A DNA stretch of 64,000 nt from Tetramitus jugosus (Eukaryota > Protista > Heterolobosea): assembly GCA_937625935.1 (NCBI GenBank), contig OW569375.1, positions 372,001 through 436,000 on the forward strand, given 5' to 3'. Shown here piece after piece: positions 11,736-23,115 of this stretch. Each line of letters opens with the position of its first letter. The stretch's first letter is position 1. Both the position numbers and the translations under genes were made by a program. The notes under the pieces were generated by a model, which searched no databases, was not told the origin of the DNA, and saw nothing but the letters and a program-made list of their open reading frames with translations.

Positions 11736-13907
11736 ATGACCATGACTTCTACTCCTACCAGTCCCATTGATCACATACCTTGCGTACTGGACAACAACAA
11801 CAATAGTATTGGTTGTAGTCACCAACCCATTTCTCCCAGTAAAGAAAAGAAGAATCTCGTCGCACACAATCGAAGACCTCACCATCACCACCAGACAAAG
11901 AAGAAGAGACCTCTGACGTCCCCTATTCGAACACCAGTACGAAAGCTCTTTGGTCATAATGACTGTAGCACACCTGCGACGACACCTACGACACCATCAA
12001 GTAGCAGTGATTGTTATGATTCGAGGTCACCTTACACTCCAATAGTGTCTTTCTCGCCACAAGACCTCATTCATCATCATCACCAGTGTGCAGATGATCA
12101 TCACAACCATTTGAACAGCAACAACAACAATAGTGAATGTCAGCAGAGCAATGAAGACTGTACAGCTCGGAATTTAGAGCTCGTATTGGATCAAATGACC
12201 ATTTATAATCACAGAAATAGAATTTCAGTGTCAGAGCTATGTCGTCGCTGGTGCTCCATTGCTCCCGATCACAAAATTCTATTGGTGTTTTTGCGATTCT
12301 TTGAGTGCACATTCTGTCAAGCTACGATTGCGAAAATTGCCGCCAATTTTAGCATGCTTCTACAGATGAACACGATTCCTGTGCTTGTTCATCAAGAGGA
12401 TGAGAGCTACGGAACAGAGTACTTTTCAAACAATGATGCTAGTGGTAGTGGCGGTGCGAGTGCATTGAAAAACTATCAACCCATTGTTCAACACTTGTAT
12501 CGCGTGTCTAACAACACGGTATCACAAGAGGCCAACCTCAATACCTACCATTTCTTTGGATTGGGTAAACAATCGCTGTGGGATGCTCCCATTCAGATCC
12601 AGAAGCGTCAAAAGCACTTGATGAAGCAAGGATTTCAACCCTATAGGCCATGGATGTCTCAAAAACTAAGTTATGCTTTCAGAATGCCTGGTATGCTTGT
12701 TTTAGAGATGGATCACACATTTGATCACACTCAGAGTCATGTCAGAGTGTGTAACCAGTTCAAGTACACGACCGTAGCAGACAATCCGAATCTGATGCGG
12801 TTGATCACTGTGACACCACTTGCTCAAGAACCCACACTTGCTCCCAATAGCAGTGACAGTAATAGCAGCTGTAGTGAAGACAGTTCAGATGATGAGTTAT
12901 CTGAGGTCGTATTGGACTATGATAGCAATGATGAGGATTATGATGTCAGTTGCTATGGATTAAGTTCCATGAGCGGTGATAGAACATTTCCAACCACAAA
13001 GAAAGAGACTGAGTTTCAAGTAGGAGAAAACAGTCATGATTGTCACAGCAGTACGATAGAGATTGAAGACAAGGACTTCATGTTCCGAAGTACGAGTCAA
13101 CTCTTGCTATTGAGTGAACTAGCACTGAATGGAATGTCTGGTGATGAGATTAGGCGACTAACTCTTGTGGATCCCTACAGTGACCTCTCTGAGACTGTCA
13201 AAGAAAAGAACAACAAAAAGGCGATGCGTCGTAAGCGACTCAATCGTTTCTTTTTCATCTGTGGTGCCGAGGAATGTTCCACTCCTCTCGAGAATTCGAA
13301 CAGTAGTAGTAGCAGCGGAGGCAGTTTTCTATCTCGAATCTCAAAAAGACTATCAAAGACATCACTATTGGAACAATCAAGAGGCAGTCTCTCTCCTCGG
13401 TCTCCTCGGTCACCGGTCTCACCTTGTGACAAAAACCAAACATCTGGTATGGCAAGTCCTAGTCTTGATGCCAGAGAACTTGAACTATCGTTTAATATCA
13501 CTGTCAAGCACATCATATCGAATGAAGAAACTAAAAAGTACTTCAAAATCTTCTGTGCAGAAGAAGCATCCATTGAGAATGTATTCTTCTTGGAGGCTGT
13601 AGACATCTACAACCACGCAGTAGGGATGCAACAGGACAACATTGCATCAAATCTGGCCATTCAAATTATGGAGACATTCCTGGACGAGCACAGTTCAGGC
13701 TCCAATGAACTTAACATCACTCAAAGCATCATTAATCAAATAAGGACAAAGTTTGAAGAATCAGGGCCTGTAGCTGATCTATTCAAGGATGCCGAGACTG
13801 AAGTATTGGTGAATCAGTTGAGAGACACACTCACTAGATTCAAAAATCGTCCAGAGTTCGTCACCGTGGTTCAACTATTAATGCGGGATGGATTGGATTT
13901 CTTGTAG
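11736..13907 (+). CDS. Fusion: AhpC/TSA-2 (PRXL2-like) thioredoxin-fold domain plus C-terminal RGS domain
   Basis: LLVFLRFFECTFCQ...IPVLVHQE...YHFFGL...FRMPGMLV (PRXL2-like). FKIFCAEEASIENVFFLEAV...ELNI...LFKDA...DTLTRF (RGS). Confidence 0.8.
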   Translation: MTMTSTPTSPIDHIPCVLDNNNNSIGCSHQPISPSKEKKNLVAHNRRPHHHHQTKKKRPLTSPIRTPVRKLFGHNDCSTPATTPTTPSSSSDCYDSRSPYTPIVSFSPQDLIHHHHQCADDHHNHLNSNNNNSECQQSNEDCTARNLELVLDQMTIYNHRNRISVSELCRRWCSIAPDHKILLVFLRFFECTFCQATIAKIAANFSMLLQMNTIPVLVHQEDESYGTEYFSNNDASGSGGASALKNYQPIVQHLYRVSNNTVSQEANLNTYHFFGLGKQSLWDAPIQIQKRQKHLMKQGFQPYRPWMSQKLSYAFRMPGMLVLEMDHTFDHTQSHVRVCNQFKYTTVADNPNLMRLITVTPLAQEPTLAPNSSDSNSSCSEDSSDDELSEVVLDYDSNDEDYDVSCYGLSSMSGDRTFPTTKKETEFQVGENSHDCHSSTIEIEDKDFMFRSTSQLLLLSELALNGMSGDEIRRLTLVDPYSDLSETVKEKNNKKAMRRKRLNRFFFICGAEECSTPLENSNSSSSSGGSFLSRISKRLSKTSLLEQSRGSLSPRSPRSPVSPCDKNQTSGMASPSLDARELELSFNITVKHIISNEETKKYFKIFCAEEASIENVFFLEAVDIYNHAVGMQQDNIASNLAIQIMETFLDEHSSGSNELNITQSIINQIRTKFEESGPVADLFKDAETEVLVNQLRDTLTRFKNRPEFVTVVQLLMRDGLDFL

Positions 13908-14298
13908 TTCCTCCTGCAATAAACTTGATCGGTCGAAGAATTTGAAACAAATACCCATCTTTTCCATTCTGGATTTTGGATAGCATCAGTTGAACGTTGA
14001 CTGTAGTCCTGAGAGATCCTCGACACAGGTTGACCAACCCAGGTAAAAAAAAGATAAAATTGGTTGCGGCAAAAATTGAACCGAATGTTATCTGATCGTG
14101 TATTAGGTGCTCCACATATTCATATCCTTTTCAAGGTCATCACATTCCTGAACAAGGATTGATTCTTGCGTAATACAATTGCGCAGTGAGGTGTTAATCT
14201 ATTTTAGATAGAATGCCTAGAATGTTAGTTTTCAAGCAAGAAGGTGCCAGAAAACCACAAGCCAAACCAACCCGAGAGAAACCAATACAACCAATACA

Positions 14299-15258
14299 AT
14301 GGGACTGTCACTTGCCAGTAGAATACTGAACGAAGATCTATTCGTCTCTTATCTCTGGGACAATAGCAGCAGCAAGGGTAACAAGATGATCTCTGATGAT
14401 ACATCATCAGAGAAACAAAAGAGTAACATGCATGACACAAGTTGTAAAGTTGAAGACAATTCTTCAACACCGCCATCAACAATCAAAGATACCAGCAATC
14501 ACAAAATTCTAGGTGCGAACAACTCAGTGTCATCAGTCAACTCCTGCGAACTTTCCAAGAATGAACCATTTCCCTGCATAAGTTCAAACAATGATGATCA
14601 CCTAGAGAACCTCAATAACAACGACACCAATCAAAAAAAGACATCCACGATTAATAACTGTTTTGTGAAACCAAGGAGAAGCCTCTCCACATGCCGGTTT
14701 ACCTCCAGACTCTCTGACGAACCAGACGACCAACTGCCAATGAAAGCTCAGATTTCACCATCACCAGAACCACACGAGGAAAGGTCTCCTCGTGCTGATG
14801 AAGATATTGATGGTTCCAATTTTGCATCAGCGCTTCAACCCATCATACGCAAGCAACTACTGACCGAAACGTGTAGCTTGGCCAAATCCTCTCAACGCCA
14901 ATACCCCACTTCGTCCACAATGAGCGACGAGGTGAGGCAGTTGCGAAAGGTTCTCAGTGAATACAAATTCCCGGTGCGTCGGTGCAGTGAAGAATATGAC
15001 ACTGAAGAGATGATCAATGAATCTTCTGACTATGAACAATACTATCGAAAGAGCTATTGTCATGTATCCGATGAAGAACAACCAGAACCCCCATCAAGAA
15101 AATCTTCACGGCGAAGCAGCTCCTCCACTAGATACTCCTCCATGAGCTCTCCTTGCTCAAGGAAGGGGAGCATCCGATATTCACAAGAGTGGGAAGAGGA
15201 TTATGGAAGTAAACATAATTCTCTGTGTCGTGATCCCACATTTGTCTATGCTACCTAG
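14299..15258 (+). CDS. Hypothetical Ser-rich, probably disordered protein
   Basis: 319-aa ATG-initiated ORF filling the intergenic space; no domain recognised. Confidence 0.6.
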   Translation: MGLSLASRILNEDLFVSYLWDNSSSKGNKMISDDTSSEKQKSNMHDTSCKVEDNSSTPPSTIKDTSNHKILGANNSVSSVNSCELSKNEPFPCISSNNDDHLENLNNNDTNQKKTSTINNCFVKPRRSLSTCRFTSRLSDEPDDQLPMKAQISPSPEPHEERSPRADEDIDGSNFASALQPIIRKQLLTETCSLAKSSQRQYPTSSTMSDEVRQLRKVLSEYKFPVRRCSEEYDTEEMINESSDYEQYYRKSYCHVSDEEQPEPPSRKSSRRSSSSTRYSSMSSPCSRKGSIRYSQEWEEDYGSKHNSLCRDPTFVYAT

Positions 15259-15429
15259 TGTAGTGTCCTGGAACCCAATATAAAAATTAAGCTAAGCTCT
15301 CCCTTAAGCATTGAACTACTTTGAGAGGCTCTCATCATCAAAAAACAAAAAAAGTTCCTGTGTGAATGAATCGATCACCACAGCAGAAAAAAACAACATA
15401 AAATTGATCACCACAGCATCAAAGCACAA

Positions 15430-18400
15430 ATGATGTTTCTCTCACCTTCCTCACCACAAAATCAACCACGGCCAAACACCATCAGAAGATCACAGAACAA
15501 CAATGACGAAGAAAATGATGATGAAATGAATGGCAATGGTGATCACGACTCAAATCAAGACCAAACCAAAACATGGTTCGATTTCTTTGTTCATCCAACT
15601 CAATTAGAACCACACGTACGTTGCATCAATTGACGCTTTTCATGTTGTTTTTTTCATTCTTCTCATCATGATATGAATGATGAATCTGACACTCGTCTCT
15701 ATTAGCTTTTACAACAAGAACAACAACAAGAAGTGTTGAAACCAACACCTAGTGAACTCTTGTCTGATTTTTTGCATCAGATTGATAAGACTGAGCAACA
15801 ACATTCTGAACTGTTGAATTCCATTGCAAATTCACAAACAAGCGCCAATACGCCCACTTCCTCTCCCTCTACACCTACTACTACTTCAACTACTACTGGC
15901 ACAACAATAAGTGCGAATAGTAGTAGTAGTAGTGGTAGCTCAACGATAGATGCAAGTGTTGATCAATCACCAGTGATTAGTGAAGCCAATCAAACATTGA
16001 TTACAGAGCTAATGAATCGATTGAATCGATTGTATCACTTGTGTTGTATCATTGTTGAAAAGTGTCATTATTCGTTGCATCAATTGACAAAATTAGTACC
16101 TGTTCATAATCAGAAAAAGTTACTGTTGAAACTCATGGAACATGGCAGTAGTGATAGTAGTAGTAGTGGTGAGAGTGGTGGAGATGGAGTGACGACGACG
16201 ACAATAACAACAGTGGAAAGTGGAAAAAATTGTGACATGTACAGTGTCATGTTTCATGTGTGGATATTGAAGGCGATATTGGGTGGTAGTAGTGGTAGTG
16301 GTATTGGCACTGCTAGTCATCGTATCATGGTTCGTAGTGGTGTTGGTAGTGGCAGTAGTAGTAGTAGTAGTGATTCACCTGGAAATGTGATGAATCATGT
16401 GATGAATCCAAAGCATGAACTCTCCTGTTTAACGACATCTGTGAATAAGAACGTGGCGATTACTGCGGAAAAGGAAGAAGAAGGAGTTGACGGCAAAGAA
16501 TCGTCGGTGATGACTGTAGCCTATGATTTGAATCATATTGGAGAGAATTCTGTCATGTACTTGGAAGGATGGATGAAAAACAATGAAACAACGAATGATG
16601 ACGATGCATCATCGTTTCAGGTGCGTGAAAATGTTGATATGAGTGTGATGATTGATATCGAAGAGATGACTGATCTCATGGCACAATTCTATTTTCGCAT
16701 TGAGCAATTCTCGAGAGCCAAACAATTGTTTTCATTGTTGTTGAATCGGATTGAATCCAAGTCGAAGAAGAAGCCCAGTAGCGGTGCTGACGTATGGAGT
16801 CAAAAACATGTGCAATTGATCAAGAGCATGATGAGCGCGTGTGATTGTATCATGAGAAGCGAGAGCGCACCGAATTTGGACCAGTATCGATTGTTGAAGC
16901 GCATAGAAACTGTGCTCGAGAGTATTGAATCAGGAGCGATCAATGCCAACTCTTACAGTGCAACCAATAGTTTATCATCGAGTGAGTTGATTGATTGTTT
17001 GTTGATGGATAATGTTGTCAACGCACTCTCACTCAATTACAGAGAACAATTGTTGTTGACTCAATATGTGTCGTTGCGAAGCGAGTCCGAATTGCGCAAC
17101 AAGGTTATTGGATGTAACATTGTGAAACATTTAATGAGCATACTCGGTCCTGCCTCTGCCACTGAACGCAACGAAGGGAGTGATGAGAGTGCACAATGGG
17201 AACAATATGTCACTTCATCCAAGCATCTGTCTAAATCGAACTTTATTTTGGCGTATGCTGTTAGTTATGCGGAGATGACATTGACCAGGCTACCGAACAG
17301 CAGTAATAGTTGGCGGACGAAGTTTGGTCAATTTATGATCCGTGCTGCCGAACTGGTTGGTGATGCTTTCAGCTTTGCCGTTCTGCTCTATTCTGCACCA
17401 GAGATTGAGAAGGCATCCAAGTGTGATCGATCATCATTAGAGAAACAATTGAACGACACCACTTCGGTTCACTTTTTGCAATTGAAAAAGTTTTTTGAGG
17501 GATTCAATATGGCCGAATGCACAAAATTTGAACCAATTCCCAAGAAGGTGTTTGAGACTGTTCAATCCAAGGTAGCAAGATTGGATCAAAGCGCTGCTAC
17601 GGACACTGATCGAAACATCTCGTCTACACGAAAGAGAAAATTCTCTGCTCTCGTTGAAGATCAGCACTACTTGGTATCCAAGCAAAAGAAGAGAACAGAA
17701 TCCGTACCTACAGAATTATATGTGCCCTATTTGTTGCACAGTGCACGTCAGCGTCTGTTCAATAGCAGCACAATTGATCCACTATCGTACAATCACGCAG
17801 CTCTATTGTTGCATGATGCCCTCTCTGATTTGAATCAACAAGAGGAAATGCACCACCGCACTGTTAAATTCGATCGTTCATACGAGTACGATGTCATTTT
17901 GGTCAATTTGGCTCACAAGAAATCACCAGCGTCTTCTCACAATGTGTTCAGTAGACCACCAACAGAGGGAACACCCATTAACATGGAGGAGTATGAGAAG
18001 CTTATGACTTTGTTGCAAGCAGATCGAAACAGCACCAATAGCTCAAGTATGGCATTTACCTATGAAGATGATAATCCACTCGAACAATCAGGCAATATCG
18101 TTCTGCCTCCGTTGCCCTTCTTGACTGAATTGTTGCGCTTGTTGGTTCATTTGGACGACTGGATGTTCATCAGGGATTATTTCAGTGTTCTGAGGGGCAA
18201 CGTGAGCAACAAGCAGTCACAATTGGGTGTCTTCTTCGAGTTTGTGATGCTGTTGCAAAATCTATACGAGTTTTCATTCGCGGATCAATCTTCAGACAAC
18301 TACCTCGAAGATATTAGAGACCTAACATTTGACATGATTCACAACTTACAGAGTAGCGGTAGTGTTGATTCTCATGGAGCTTCCTCGAAAGAACAGAAGA

Positions 18401-19263
18401 ACAACTTTTATTCTGTTATGGGTGCTCAGAATATGCGCTTCCAATTGCAAATGGCTTCTATTCTATCGTTTGCCCTTTGTTGCTTGAGGCGCTCGGGAAA
18501 CAAGGACATCGCCATCCGGGGTCACTACACTGATCTAGCTGAGTGTGTCTTTTCGAGCGATGTCCGCACCAACACCCCAGGTCATATATTGCCCGTGTGG
18601 AAGGGAAAGGAGCGAATGATTGATGATGCTGTGCATGATATGCTAAAGTACGTTTTGCAACAATTAGTCGATCATTACAGCGATGAACTGTGCAGCGAAG
18701 TGTCCAATGGTCACTACTATTACTTTACTCTGGGAGATTTGTGCTTTGAGAAGAAACAGTTCACTCAATGCCTTAAACATTATCTTCAAATAGGTCAAGA
18801 GCTATTGGATCGAGATCGAACTCCTCAACAAGTATTCGCCATCTATTCAGCTCATGCGTTGCATCCAATGATTCACTCATTGAGCATGCTTGGTGAATAT
18901 ACTGCCGCGTTTGCCTTGCACCAGTTCCTCCCCATTGTGACCAGCAATACCGCACAACAGCAAGACAACCCAGAACCACGCATCTTGGGATATGACAAGA
19001 GGGCTTTCACTGAACTCAGAGCTTTCAACGAAGTCGATAAGAAATGGCTGCTCTACTTCTGGGACCTCACATACATTGAACTGTTGGTGTTTATCGAGCA
19101 TGAGAAATCAGACAATGAGAATGAGAAGTTGCTGCTGCAGCACATACAAAGGAAGGAGATGAACACGAACAATCCACCTGCATTGAGAAGGATCTTTGTT
19201 GAACGATTGCAGCTGGAACTACTCCAGAAATTGTACGAACATGTCACAAGCAAGCAAGATTGA
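15430..19263 (+). CDS. INTS8: Integrator complex subunit 8 homolog; exons 15430-15615 and 15706-19263
   Basis: N-terminal TWFDFFV...LEPH|L..KPTPSELLSDFL resembles INTS8 SWFEFLL...LEKHL..DPAPVQLIVQFL. C-terminal FWDLTYIELLVF...EMNTNNP resembles IWDVTILEYLTY...ELNASNP. Intron 15616-15705 is GTACGT...TAG. Confidence 0.75.
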
Positions 19264-19307
19264 GAGCTGAAGAATAAACTCAGCTGCTAATGTAATTAAG
19301 TATATAT

Positions 19308-20765
19308 TTAGAACAAAACAGCCTTCAGTTGTGCTTGCCATGACTTGTACTTGGTGAGAGTATAGTCACCAACTTCAGACAGAGTGGCCAGAGCCTTCTC
19401 CAAATCTTGAATCGTGTGAGCGGCGCTGACACAGAAACGGACACGAGATTCAATAATCTCCGTGGCAGGACTACCCACGACAACAATGGCCAATCCTCTC
19501 TTGAGTGATTCACGAGAGAAACCAGGCATCTTGGCAGGATTGTACAACATGATAATCATGACAGGTGAATCCTCATCACCAACCACCTCAAATCCAATCT
19601 TTCTCAATCCTTCTCTGAAAAAGTTGGCATTCTCCTTCAATCTTGCCAACTTTTGCTTTCCAATATCCGTTCCGTCTTCTCCCGTGATAACCTTGAATGC
19701 AGACAATGCTTGTTGAGCGCATGGAATAGGCATCGTAGACGAATAGATGGATCCGAACGAAGTATCCTTCAAATAAGCAATCAACTGCTTCGAGGATGCA
19801 ATATAGCCTCCGACAGAGCCAAAACTCTTGGTAAATGTACCCATGAGAATATCGACATCATTTGGATCGACACAACAATGTTCGCACACTCCTCTACCAG
19901 TCTTTCCGATCGCACCAATCGAATGAGCCTCATCCACATACAGGTAACACTTGTACTTTTTCTTGATGCGCACCACTTCTTCCAAATGAACAATCTCGCC
20001 CTCCATGGAATAAATTCCCTCTACAATAATGATAATCTTTTTCCATGGTCGATGGGTTCTTGGCTGACCCTCAATAATCGAACTTCTCACCACACTCTCC
20101 AAACTCTTCATATTATTGTGCTTAAAAACACTGACTTTGGCCCCACTGCTTCTTGCTCCACTGACAATTGAAGCATGATTCAATTCGTCACTAATAATCA
20201 AGCATCCCTTGCCTGCCAATGCAGGAATCACTGTAGAATTGGTTGCATAACCCATACCAAACACCATAGAGTCCTCCTTGCCTACAAATCGAGCGACATA
20301 CTGCTCCAATTCATAATGAACAGAAGTGTAACCGTACTCTGTGCTTGGTGAACAAGCATTGACACCAAACTGATCCAATTTTTGAAAAACGTCTTCCGTC
20401 ACGTGTTTTGGATTCTCTGCAAAGCCCAAGTAGTTGTAACTGGCAAGATTGAAGCAATTAATGCTATTTTCAGTGAGTTCCAGAGTCTTGTTATAATCCT
20501 TGGATGTTCTCTCAATGACATCAATGTAGGCACCAGGTGATGACCGAATAGGTCGATTCCAACAGTCTTGAATACGAGTGTACATTCTTCTCTGATAAAA
20601 ATCTTCAAAGAGTTTAATGAGTGGGGCGTAGCCTGGTGGTGTGACCTTGTCTGGTTCAGAGACGAACCTTCGATAGAAATCACGCAAGTGACCAAATATC
20701 ATCAACAGTGCATAGTTGAGATAGGTTGTGACAATGGTTAATGTGGAGACATCACAGTTGGTCAT
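19308..20765 (-). CDS. LCB2: Serine palmitoyltransferase catalytic subunit (LCB2/SPTLC2)
   Basis: FYQRRMYTRIQDCWNRPI, NLASYNYLGF, EGIYSMEG, DEAHSIG, GTFTKSFG (PLP lysine). Start taken at MTNCD. Confidence 0.95.
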   Translation of the reverse strand: MTNCDVSTLTIVTTYLNYALLMIFGHLRDFYRRFVSEPDKVTPPGYAPLIKLFEDFYQRRMYTRIQDCWNRPIRSSPGAYIDVIERTSKDYNKTLELTENSINCFNLASYNYLGFAENPKHVTEDVFQKLDQFGVNACSPSTEYGYTSVHYELEQYVARFVGKEDSMVFGMGYATNSTVIPALAGKGCLIISDELNHASIVSGARSSGAKVSVFKHNNMKSLESVVRSSIIEGQPRTHRPWKKIIIIVEGIYSMEGEIVHLEEVVRIKKKYKCYLYVDEAHSIGAIGKTGRGVCEHCCVDPNDVDILMGTFTKSFGSVGGYIASSKQLIAYLKDTSFGSIYSSTMPIPCAQQALSAFKVITGEDGTDIGKQKLARLKENANFFREGLRKIGFEVVGDEDSPVMIIMLYNPAKMPGFSRESLKRGLAIVVVGSPATEIIESRVRFCVSAAHTIQDLEKALATLSEVGDYTLTKYKSWQAQLKAVLF

Positions 20766-21094
20766 TTTGTTTGTTGTTGTTGTTGTTTTATGTGTGTATG
20801 TGTGCTGATTGAGTTGTTGCTTTGCTTTCTTTGTATCAGAGTGGACCACGCTTTGAGAGCTTTTTGTCTCTGGGAGATATTTTGCTTGGCGGCAAAAATA
20901 AAAAATGCTCCGAAGTAAGCGTTGGAGCAAGTAGCTGTTGGCGGTATGAGGGAAAAAGGGCTTTTGGGGTAGTGGAGCGAGACTTGCGCGGGAAGCCGGA
21001 CAGCACAAGCAAATGATGATCCGCACAGCTGTTGTGTTTGGTTGACTGGCCGAGTGAGATCCTAAGCGTTATCGTAAAGTGCTGGCGTTGTTGT

Positions 21095-22276
21095 TTATAA
21101 AAATTCATTGATCATGTCCATTGCGACTCTCCACAACTTTTCTTGTTGTTCAACGTCGTAGGACACTGGATTACTCAGGGCAGGCATGCAATAGGAAAAG
21201 TACTTGCCTGAAACTTCCTGCACCTCTGGACTCAGTGCCAAATACAGAGTATTGACAGCGCCTTGAGATGGTGTCAGAGAATAACTCTTCACTAACAAAT
21301 CTTGAAGGAAGGTGGCCCAACGTGCCAAATTCGTATTGATATTCGTTGAGATAATACCAGGGTGCAAAACATTGACTGTCACATTGTTGCTCATCTTCTT
21401 CTCCTTCAAATATCGATGCATCTTGTATGTGGACATGATCTGACAGACTTTGGATTGCGTGTAGCCAATGCATGGATCATACTCATGCATAGTCTTTGGA
21501 GATATATTCTTCCAATTGATCACGCCAGTCCAGTGAGCTGCAGAAGACACATTCAAAATACGTGAAGGTCCATTCTTGTGCAACACATCCAACAACAAGT
21601 GAGTCAACAAGAAATGAGCCAAAAAGTTGCTTCCAAACTGTGTCTCATAACCTTGCTTGGTTACTTCAAATGGAGGTATCATGACACCAGCATTGTTAAT
21701 CAACAGATTGACCCTGTATTGAGACCGAATGACCTCTGTAGCAAACGTCTTGACCGAGTTCAAATCACCTAGATCACACTGCATCACAACCAACTTTCCA
21801 ATCATGGAATGCAAAAGTGGTGAACAGGAAGCTTTGGCCTGAAATTCCTCTTCAAGCTTTTTCTTGGCTTCATTTGCTCTCTGCAAGGATCGACATGCCA
21901 TAATGACATGATAACCATTGAGTGCCAAAACTTTGACCGTTTCATATCCGATTCCAGAGTTGGCACCCGTTACGATCGCATACCTTTGCTCTTCTGCCTC
22001 ACCATCACTCTTGTCTTTTTTCGAGTTTTGTTGTTGTTGATGAAACTCGACCAATGTTTCATCTAGAATGAGCTCTAGGCTCTTGTGTGACTTGTCTAGT
22101 TTGAGTCCATGTGGAGGCGTATGAGATGACATCCATAGCTTTCTCTTCAATGTTCCAATTGGATCGAGATCACATATGAGAAGATAGAGACCAAATGTGG
22201 AAAATTTGAGGAATGAGATGAATGCAAATAATCTTGCAATCAAGGATAATTCTTCGACAACTTGTTGATTGGACAT
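21095..22276 (-). CDS. Short-chain dehydrogenase/reductase, RDH11/12-WWOX-like, with N-terminal membrane anchor
   Basis: TGANSGIG, LINNAGVM, QFGSNFLAHFLLT, NVSS, YTQSK (YxxxK), HPG. Confidence 0.92.
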   Translation of the reverse strand: MSNQQVVEELSLIARLFAFISFLKFSTFGLYLLICDLDPIGTLKRKLWMSSHTPPHGLKLDKSHKSLELILDETLVEFHQQQQNSKKDKSDGEAEEQRYAIVTGANSGIGYETVKVLALNGYHVIMACRSLQRANEAKKKLEEEFQAKASCSPLLHSMIGKLVVMQCDLGDLNSVKTFATEVIRSQYRVNLLINNAGVMIPPFEVTKQGYETQFGSNFLAHFLLTHLLLDVLHKNGPSRILNVSSAAHWTGVINWKNISPKTMHEYDPCIGYTQSKVCQIMSTYKMHRYLKEKKMSNNVTVNVLHPGIISTNINTNLARWATFLQDLLVKSYSLTPSQGAVNTLYLALSPEVQEVSGKYFSYCMPALSNPVSYDVEQQEKLWRVAMDMINEFL

Positions 22277-23115
22277 GATGTCGTATTGTTTGTTGTTTGG
22301 TGTTTGTGTTGGGTGTGAAAAAGGCGCCAAAAAAGTGGTGCGGAAAATTTTCTTTCTATTTTGATGGTTGAGGATCTTCTCTCCTTTGAACTTCGGATCT
22401 CTTGATGGGCCAATCAAAATTCAAGAGAAGTTCAAAGGAGAGATGCCAAGGCTCTGATCGGACACTCACCATCTCCAACTGAACAAATAAAATCAATACA
22501 ACTCGTAACATGTCCCTCAAAACCTTACAAATTGTGATCGTTGTTCTGCAGATCTCCTTTGCAGTGAGCACATTTTTCAGTGCTGATGAGATAAGAGAGA
22601 GTACAATGTCTCATGAAATGGTCCAAAACTTTTACTTGAACTATATTCAGAGCACGAATCAATCAACCAATTACCCAGTGAGCAAAGAAAGACTCTGGTC
22701 AAGATACTCAACACTCATACCAACACTAGGTACTCTCCTCATGGAGATCGTTGTCGGTCTTCTATTGCACTTCTTGGACATAATGGTATGTCTATCTCAC
22801 GAATAAAAAATCTCCAAAGCAAATTCCTCTGTCACTTGAGATATTGTATTCCACTTGAAAAAAAACTGCCGTCATCGTAGTTGACTAGTCTATTAATACT
22901 TGTGTTTTAGCTAAAGTCGAACCAGCACAACGAAAAAAGAGTTCGTTCCAACAATTCTCGTGACCTGGTCAAAACAACGCCCATAGAGCTCTGGATTGAA
23001 TTAGCCTGCCTGAAGCCCAATTTTCCATCCTTGCATAACCACAAAATCTCTCCATTCCCTCCCTTGTACAATCATAACAATTCAATCCTATTTTAAACTA
23101 CATTCTTCCAAGTGC

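Noticed and set aside
22510-23100. 98-aa ORF with a hydrophobic start and a GTATGT donor at about 22786
   Set aside because: The putative spliced product has no recognisable family and a plausible alternative frame; it may be a decayed gene, but I cannot support a call.
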